Assembly (NCBI GenBank): GCA_951406725.2
Contig: OX597824.1
Coordinates: 30,628,001 to 30,692,000 of the forward strand
Direction: 5' to 3'
DNA from: Octopus vulgaris
Lineage: Eukaryota
DNA: 64,000 nt
The notes beneath the pieces were generated by a model. That model saw only the letters and a list, made by a program, of their open reading frames with translations, made no database searches and was not told where the DNA came from. Shown here piece by piece: positions 56,432 through 64,000 of this stretch; position 1 is the stretch's first letter, and the number at the start of each line of letters is the position of its first letter. The translations under genes were made by a program, and so were the position numbers.

Positions 56432-56713
56432 ATATTTGCACTTCTAACCGTCTTCTCACTTATCTGCCGAGGATTAGAAGGAGCCTGGTGGGAGCAACCC
56501 TTGCCGAGAAATCCTCTGTACTACCGCTGTCTCTTTGAATGTCAAGTTTGCTATGATATGTACGGCTATCACTTCGATTCTAATAAATGCGGGAATAACT
56601 GCGTGGAAACTGCTGGCAAAAGCATCGACGTCGGCTGCATCAATCCTGAATACCATCGAAGAACACCACAAGATTCTCCCACACTCCATCTCAACCTACC
56701 CGAAGGTCTATAA
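56432..56713 (+). CDS. EH: Main coding exon of an eclosion hormone-like neuropeptide precursor (93 aa plus stop)
   Basis: Acceptor tatttccag ends at 56431, followed by the open frame IFALLTVFSLICRGLEGAWWEQPLPRNPLYYRCLFECQVCYDMYGYHFDSNKCGNNCVETAGKSIDVGCINPEYHRRTPQDSPTLHLNLPEGL*. It has a hydrophobic signal core and six Cys spaced x3,x2,x12,x3,x11, against x3,x2,x12,x3,x10 in insect EH. M, G and F at +3, +5 and +8 after Cys3 and GK at +5/+6 after Cys5 match Manduca EH. Confidence 0.88.
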   Translation: MFALLTVFSLICRGLEGAWWEQPLPRNPLYYRCLFECQVCYDMYGYHFDSNKCGNNCVETAGKSIDVGCINPEYHRRTPQDSPTLHLNLPEGL

Positions 56714-56827
56714 ACGAAAAACGGGAATATCAGCAAAAAGGAACCATAAAAAATATATTAATGATGTTCTTTGCTTAATGGTGAAACCCCTTATTTTATT
56801 TTCCTGATATATATAGCTTATATATAG

Positions 56828-56889
<62 letters not shown>

Positions 56890-57172
56890 AGTTTTACTTC
56901 TACTACGACCCGGTAACCATCAGAGGAATTCAGCTACCAGTACCATGTAAATGTTTTAAGAAAAACTTGTGAACTTCCAGAACTGACATCATGAAAGTTT
57001 AATTTGATTTATTTCAATTATTTTGCTTTCTCTTACTGCATGGCCAAATTGTCTTAAAACATATTTTGACAAAAATGTAAATATTTTCTTTTTTTGTCCA
57101 TGATAAATTTCTTAAAGCATTTTCTTCGTGTTGTTTTTCAATATAAATTTGTGTGAAACCTGTTAACTATTT

Positions 57173-57224
<52 letters not shown>

Positions 57225-57630
57225 CAAATAAAAAAAATGGAGGAGAATAATAGGTGGTTCATCAACTTTTAGACATTAAATTATGTTAACTTATTTATTT
57301 ATTTACATTTTTTTCATGAAGATATATTCTCCAACGAATTCTAAGGATAAATTCATTCATCCTAAATATTAATTCTTTAATATAAGTGTCCTTAGGTGGG
57401 ATAGTTATATCCTTCAGTGACGAGTCCATCTTTATTAACTCCATTTTTCCTGCAGTATATAAATATATGTGTGTATTTTTTTCTTGTTAACAATTAACAC
57501 GGAAAAAATAGATAAATAGTTACCATGGTAGCAAAAAATCACACAAGTAAAAAAGTTTGTAACTCCTTGTTTTTAAAGGTAGAAACTTCGGGTTTACGTG
57601 AAATATTTTGTGTAATATATATATAAATAA

Positions 57631-58565
57631 ATAAATGAAGTTAAACGCAGGTGTTATTCAAATTCTTTAATTCCGACTCGTGTTTCGAAGATATCACTGG
57701 TATATATATCACTGGTATATAAAATGGTGTAAAACAATGTAGTCTTTTCTTCAGGAAAATGAAGAAATGAAACTCGTCAATAAGACAGTTTAATAGAAAA
57801 TGAAGGGTATGTGTAGTGATTAACTGAACGCTATTAAATTTGTTTAAAAAACACGTTAGAGGATATAACGTCAAAGGTAGCCTATAGAAAGAGGAGGGGT
57901 AAAGGAAAGAAAAACCAAATAAATGAGAAGTACATAACTATATGTATATTAAATAAAACCATATAGACTTGGAAAAAGATATGTCTAGTGAATGTGAAAT
58001 GTGAGAAGAAAATTAATGTTTAAATTATATATAATGATAGATATCACTTATATGAACTAAAGGTGTGTGTCTGCCAATGTTTACATCGGTATGCATGCTC
58101 TGTAACCGTGTTTACAAGGGAATTTTTAGAAAATAGTATAAGAAATAGCTCAGAATTACAGAGAAGACAGAATTCCTTGCCTTTGTCATAAGGTATTGAG
58201 ATTGAGAGAATCAACTAATCTAAATTAAATTGTTTATTGTGGTCTTTTAGATACCAAATTAATTTACTAAACCCTGTACTGTTACGTTTATTCCTATCCC
58301 TAAATGTAGAGTAATGATTAGAAATTCTTTTAGATAACTGAGAAGATGACCTACCTATATAAAAAATACTTCATTACCAAAAGTAATTTTACACTGGTAT
58401 ATAGAAATTTTAATTTTAGAGTTACTTGACATAAACTTGATTCTATTACTATTAGTTACCTTATTTTTAGTGTAACTATCTTTGAAAGACGTAGATAATA
58501 CCAGTGATATCTTCGAAACACGTGTCGGAAGTAAAAATATTTGAATAACACCTGCATTTAACTCC

Positions 58566-58571
<6 letters not shown>
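57631..58571 (-). mobile_element. 5'-truncated Penelope-like element with GIY-YIG relic and inverted terminal pLTR segments
   Basis: 58044-58410 reads IYQCKITFGNEVF/YIGRSSSQLSKRISNHYSTFRDRNKRNSTGFSKLIWYLKD...D*LILSISIPYDKGKEFCLLCNSELFLIL...LVNTVTEHAYRCKH, with one frameshift and one stop. Segments 57631-57704 and 58497-58571 are inverted copies carrying GAAAcacgtgTC-like hammerhead 3' halves. Confidence 0.85.
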
Positions 58572-58601
<30 letters not shown>

Positions 58602-58603
58602 AG

Positions 58604-58973
58604 GTTGAAAATATGTGGAAAAGACATAAAAAGTGGAAGAGAAATACCTTCGTCTCACATAGTTTAATATCTTTTTATAAAGAATCTTTTTTTAAATATA
58701 TTCATATTTTATGGATGTTGTGATATCCAACCGGTTTTCGCTATATAAATTAGCTTTTCAATGGACATTGTGAAGTAATTATTTCTTGTGACCCCTTTGT
58801 CACAAGAAATGAACACTTCACAATTTAAATAGCGAAAGCTGGTTGGATATCACGACATCCATAAAATATGAATATATTAAAAAAAATTTCTTGATAAAAA
58901 GATATCAAACTTTGTGAAACGAAGGCATTTCTCTTCCACTTTTTATATGTTTTCCACATATATGTTTTTCAAC
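58604..58973. repeat. Fold-back palindrome with ~180 bp arms between microsatellites
   Basis: atttcttgtgac-cccttt-gtcacaagaaat at the centre; also aatatattcatattttatggatgt / acatccataaaatatgaatatatt and aaaaagtggaagagaaat / atttctcttccacttttt. Confidence 0.93.
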
Positions 58974-59027
58974 TCATGCCACGTTGTGTATACTGAATCT
59001 CCGGTATTTTTGCTCCTTTTATATTTC

Positions 59028-59148
<121 letters not shown>

Positions 59149-59157
59149 GTATGTATT

Positions 59158-59214
<57 letters not shown>

Positions 59215-59631
59215 CATACATACATACATACATACACACATATAGATTGTTAATAATATTTTAAAGTCATAAAAACTAATAATACAGGTGCTAGTTAGTA
59301 CTATTACCTGGAATTTCAACATTTCAGTGTTAGGACACCTTTTCGAGAAACTTCAGCATTTTTGGATAATTTGATATGTAAAGTACACTGTCTTAAATAA
59401 ATATACAATTTTAGCGTTGCTGTTTAGATATTTTTCAGATCATATCGAGGATAATATTGCATTTTATAAGAAAAAAATATATATACCTTACATTGCAAAT
59501 TGATCAAGAACGCTGGGTAGTACTCTAGTCATTAATAAATCAATCCTCATTGACAGCATATGCACCACTATTCAACTTAGACTGTCAGTTTTACTGTCTC
59601 CTAGTTTGTATATTCTACAAATATTTAACTA

Positions 59632-60072
59632 TCAGGTCATCCCATAAGTTCTGTCCGATTTTACCTTTTTTTAAAAATTGAATGAAATTAAATAGTATTT
59701 TAGAATGTCTAATGGAATTAAAGATTATTTTTATGTATTTGTGAACATTTAAACTAATTAAATATTATTTTACAGAATAATAGAATTAATATCTCTTTGA
59801 TTAAAATCCTTTCTAACATGGAAGTATCCAAAGAGCATTTGAGGCACATAATGCTTTATGAGTACAAAAAAGGAAACACTGCAGTCGACGCGACTCGAAA
59901 CATACACTCAGTTTATGGGAAAGAATGCTTGAATGAAAGAACTTGCAGAAGATGGTTTGCAAAATTCAGAAGTGGACATTTCAGCCTTGAAGACGAAGAT
60001 CGAACAGGAAGTCCAGTTGAGTTTGATGATAAGCTCCATGAGGCATTACTTGAAGAAAATCCTGTTTTATTT
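59632..60072 (+). mobile_element. Mariner 5' fragment (left TIR plus Mos1-like HTH domain)
   Basis: TA-tcaggtcatcccataagttctgtccg terminus. ORF from 59818 reads MEVSKEHLRHIMLYEYKKGNTA...RTCRRWFAKFRSGHFSLEDEDRTGSP and is truncated after LLEENP. Confidence 0.88.
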
Positions 60073-60544
60073 GTAAGATGTCAATCAGTCGAGAGATCTG
60101 ATAAATTTTAAAGAGTATCATTTACTTGTAAATTTTTTTGCATCTGAATTTGATTTGAAAGTTAAAACCATTGAACAATATGGCGGAGCGTTGTTTTGAG
60201 GAGTGGAAATGTCAAGTAGCAATATAACCACCACCATCTCCATCAGTACTAACGTTGTTAACTCTTCTGAAAGCTTTTGCTTCTAAAATTATAGGGAATT
60301 AGTTTTCTTAAAGGGAAAATACATCCCTCGTTGTAGAAGTAGAACGCGTAGAAATGGTAAAAAGAGTGAAAATTTTAAGCAACAATACTATAATCAGTAC
60401 TCTTATCTCCACCATTATCAATAGCAGCACCATCATTAGTTTCAGATCTACAGTAACAATATACAGCCGCGCTATGCAAAAACACCAGTAAATTACTAAG
60501 CTCATATTCCAATAGCACCGGCACCAGTAATAGTAAGCTGTGTT

Positions 60545-61980
60545 AACATGTCAGAAAATCTAAATCTGTTAAAGAGGTCGGAAATGACTAGAAAGTGGTG
60601 AGTTATATCACAAAGGACCATGCCTCTCTACTTGAGCAGCTTGTAAAGGAGAAAGAAAGGCGGACAATAGCCTATTTCAGAAAATCAATCAGGGTTTCTC
60701 CATGCCGTTGTAAAGAAAATTTGAAAAGACCATATGGGGTGTGTGTTTCAATAAGTTTTCCCTATTGGACGAAACAAGTGTTTGTAATTGTAATCCTTGC
60801 ACACACTAAAGCAGACGTGTAAGCTGAAAAAAAAACAGGAAAAAGCACTCGGCGTTTTCCTCTGACCTAGTATATGGAGCAACGAAAGATGAAAAACGCG
60901 ATTAGGAATACGGGTGAAAGCACTATCAGAGTCGACCGCGACCTTTGTGAAGCAATTTGCGGCGGTTGTGAAAGCTCAAATTTATTTGGTCAGGTATCAG
61001 TATAGATCTCCAAATATTAATGATCCTGAGGACCATAGAGTCATATTAGAGGTGTACTCTATTGAGGTTTCATTGATGAAAACAGTCATGTCAGTGGTCA
61101 AACTAGAAAGCTTAAGGATTACGTGCGTGGCAGCAAGAGTTACTTAAGGACTTTATACGGTAACAGAAAGCAGCTGAAACAACAACAATAATGGGGCTCT
61201 GAGACGCTTTATATGGTACACCAGAGAAAGATTGCTGCTAAAGCAACACCAGGATGGTCGAAAAAACACGCGATCACCACAGTTTCATTCTCAAACCAAG
61301 TGGCTACGGCTGTGGGTCATCGAAACTCAGAACGGTTTCCTACTTCAACAAACAACGAACCAGAAACTCAATTCAACTGTGCCAGCCCATTGTCTCATGA
61401 TGACGGAGAATATATGGACTTTACATACATGTGGCTATCCAGGTATTCTAAAAAAAGATTGGGCCCCATATTGCCTTCCTAGGGTAATGGTAATGAGTGT
61501 TGAATTTCCTCCTCCCCTCACTCCTATATAAGTCGGATGTCTACCAGTAGTTCTACAACTTATATCCGTTCGAAAATACTAAGCGGATTAAAAACAAAAA
61601 CAATCAAAAAATAAACAAACAAAACAAATCAAGACAAAAAAATAACTATAAAAAGAGAAAAGGAAACAAAAGTAAAACAGTACACTATGATTCATTTGCT
61701 AATAAAAACAATACCCACTTCTACGAAAATAGAAAACAGACTGCAATATAATAAAATTTTATATTGTGTTCATGGTTTTGGCGGTGTCTAGAAGTAGTTC
61801 AGCTGCTCGAAGATTTCAGATAATTTGAGTTGAATGTAGTAGTTATCTGTGAGACTAGGGTTTCCGTTACGGTTTTTAAAAAAACCGAGGTTGCGTGGAG
61901 TTGTTCTGTTGTTTATGGAAATATTAGGCTTTGAGGTAAAGAAATACTTCAGGACCCAGACGGTAGACCAATGATCCTAG
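60545..61980 (+). mobile_element. Possible decayed LINE 5' region (ORF1-like segment plus start of an APE endonuclease)
   Basis: Fragmented + strand ORFs, a GSKSYL knuckle-like remnant near 61130, and CVHG...LLEDFR*FELNVVVICETR near 61765-61860, resembling the APE N-terminus (NV.G...D...I.ET). Confidence 0.4.
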
Positions 61981-62081
61981 ATATGAATATCAATGGGATT
62001 TCCTGAGGCGTCTTTGCCCCGACGAGTACTGGACAAACAGACTTCTCTGGCTTCCACAACTTCTCGCTGCCTTAATAATAA

Positions 62082-62285
62082 GGTAGCGAGCTGGCATAAG
62101 CGCGTCGGTCAAAATGTGACATTTCATTCGGTTCTTTATGTTGAGTTTAAATATTGCCAAAGCTGCTTTGCCTTTCATCTTTTCGGGGTCAATAAAATAA
62201 AGTACATGTCATATACCGAGGGCAATGGTATCAACTGACTTCCTTTAGCTTAATTCCAGGCCTTGTGTCTCTATTAGAAAAGAAA
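62082..62285 (+). mobile_element. SINE family B-related, older copy
   Basis: ggtagcgagctggcat...ctttgcctttcatcttttcggggtcaataaaataaagtac...ccaggccttgtgtc. Confidence 0.75.
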
Positions 62286-62299
62286 ATATAATAATCTGG

Positions 62300-64000
62300 A
62301 AACGACACAAAATTTTAAAATGCATCTAAATTCAAAACTTGTGAGTACAGAGAAAAGCAATTATCCCGAAGTTTTGTGGCATAATATTCATGAAAACATC
62401 AAATCATCTGCCGAAGTTCTAGGCTTCGTCAAACGCAAGCATCAAGAGTGATTCTCAAATGAAACCTCTCCTAAAAACTATGCACAAATGACACAAGGCA
62501 CGGATCTTAAACAAAAACTCACCATCACTCAGTTCCTTATACACCCCCCCCCCCTAAAAAATTGCTAGGAAAAATTGCGTGAGATAAAATATTTTTGGTG
62601 GGCAAAAAAAAAATGCCTAAGGCTGGTAACTCTCACAACTTGAGAGCATTGTATGATAATCTGAAAAGTGTATTTAGTGTTTTTTAAAAAAGGACGGTAC
62701 GGAAGCTATTCTTCCTAACGACGGATAAAGACTCTTATGTAGCAAAGATGAAATTCTGGTAAGATGAGATGAACACTTTAAATCCGTATTAAATCAAGAA
62801 TTCACAACCGATCCTGAAGTAATGAATGAAATCTTTCACAAGCCTATAATTGAAGAACTTGCGGAAGATCCTTGTTTGGAAGAAAAAAGTACTGCTATTA
62901 AAAAATTTTCCAATGGTAAAGCTCCTGGATAAGATGGTGTTCCCATAGAAATGTGCAAGCATGGTGGTAGACAATTTGTAAGAAAGCTGCGCAAATTAGT
63001 TCGTTTGGTCTGGGAAACTAGTTCTGTTCCACAACAGTTCAAATATGCACCTATAAGGTATTTGTATAAAAACGAACTGAAAACGAGTGTATGTGCTAAT
63101 CACAGAAGAATAAGTTTGTTGAGCATAGTTGAAAAAAATTCTTACGAGGGTGGTTCTTAATTGCATCAATAAGCATGTAATAAACGGTACATATCTCGAA
63201 CCTCAATGTGAATTTCGGGCTGAGAGATGCACAGTTGACATGATTTTTGCTCGTCGGTAAGTTTAAGACAAAACATGTGAGCAAAATACAAACTGGTACA
63301 CGATCTTTGACGACTTGACCAAGGTTTTTGATATAGTGAATCGTGAGGCCCTTTGAGAAATTTTGTCAAAAGTTGATCTTCCTGATAAAATGATAAGGGT
63401 AATTATATCCTTGCAGGAAAGATGGCAACAGTGATATCTAACAGGGCTGTGTTTTAGCTCAAGTACTTTTTGCCATATTATTTTCTATGATGCTCCAACA
63501 TGCTTTTAGGGATTACCATGGTGTAAAGTTTCAGTTTCGCTCAGAAGGTCTACTCAACGTAAATGGGTAAAGCTTCAGATCAAGGAAAAAGACCAAGGAA
63601 GAGATTTACGGTATTTTGTGTTTGCTGATGAGTGCGCTTTGATTTCTCATACATTTGAGGAGATTCAGGAAACAACCGATAGGTTTTCTGCGGCAGCTAA
63701 CGCATTTGGACCGATTATCAGCATTAGGAAAACTGAAGTTTTATTCCAACCAAAGACAGAACATGCACAAGATTAAAATGTAATGACTGACAATAAACTA
63801 CTCAGATAGGTCAGGTCATTTAAATATCTTGGAAGTATAGTAAACTTTAAGACGAAATCAATGTTAGAATATTTAAGGCTACGAATGTTTATGGAAAACT
63901 TTTCCATCGTTTGTGGGATGAACACGGAGTCAGTTTGAAAACTAAAAGTATTGTATACAAATCTTGTATTTTGAGCACACTTTTGCACGGGGAAGAAGCA
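62300..64000 (+). mobile_element. Decayed RTE-clade (BovB-like) LINE ORF2, running off the window
   Basis: KAPG*DGVPIE, VPQQFKYAPIRYLYK, NHRRISLLSIVEK, EPQCEFR, TVDMIFARR, DLTKVFDIVNREAL, FADECAL and FKYLGS occur in order, with many stops and frameshifts. Confidence 0.9.

Noticed and set aside
59797-60111. Mariner HTH ORF as a domesticated SETMAR-like gene
   Set aside because: It directly follows a TIR, is truncated before the catalytic domain, and there is no SET exon in the window.

Overview
AT-rich eukaryotic genomic DNA saturated with microsatellites, most likely from an octopus; this is inferred from the SINE families and repeat style and is not proven. Nearly every ORF in the six-frame track is a microsatellite or decayed-transposon artefact. 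The one convincing host gene is a two-coding-exon secreted peptide gene on the + strand: a predicted micro-exon ATG-AAA-AAG at 52310-52318 joined across a 4.1 kb intron to exon 56432-56713. It encodes a 96-aa precursor with a signal peptide and the six-cysteine frame of eclosion hormone (C-x3-C-x2-C-x12-C-x3-C-x11-C), followed by a dibasic RR site and a C-terminal extension. The rest of the window is mobile-element debris: several tRNA-derived SINE families (some with target-site duplications, one nested, one dimeric), three mariner relics, RTE and CR1/Jockey-type LINE fragments, non-autonomous Helitrons (two near-identical copies in opposite orientation 31 kb apart) and MITEs. Penelope-like retroelement (PLE) material is also abundant: two GIY-YIG relics, several minimal type I hammerhead ribozymes (two with canonical cores), and a recurring class of 100-550 bp fold-back palindromes, most of them in or beside (TA)n tracts. 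All calls were made by eye without searches, and element boundaries are approximate.
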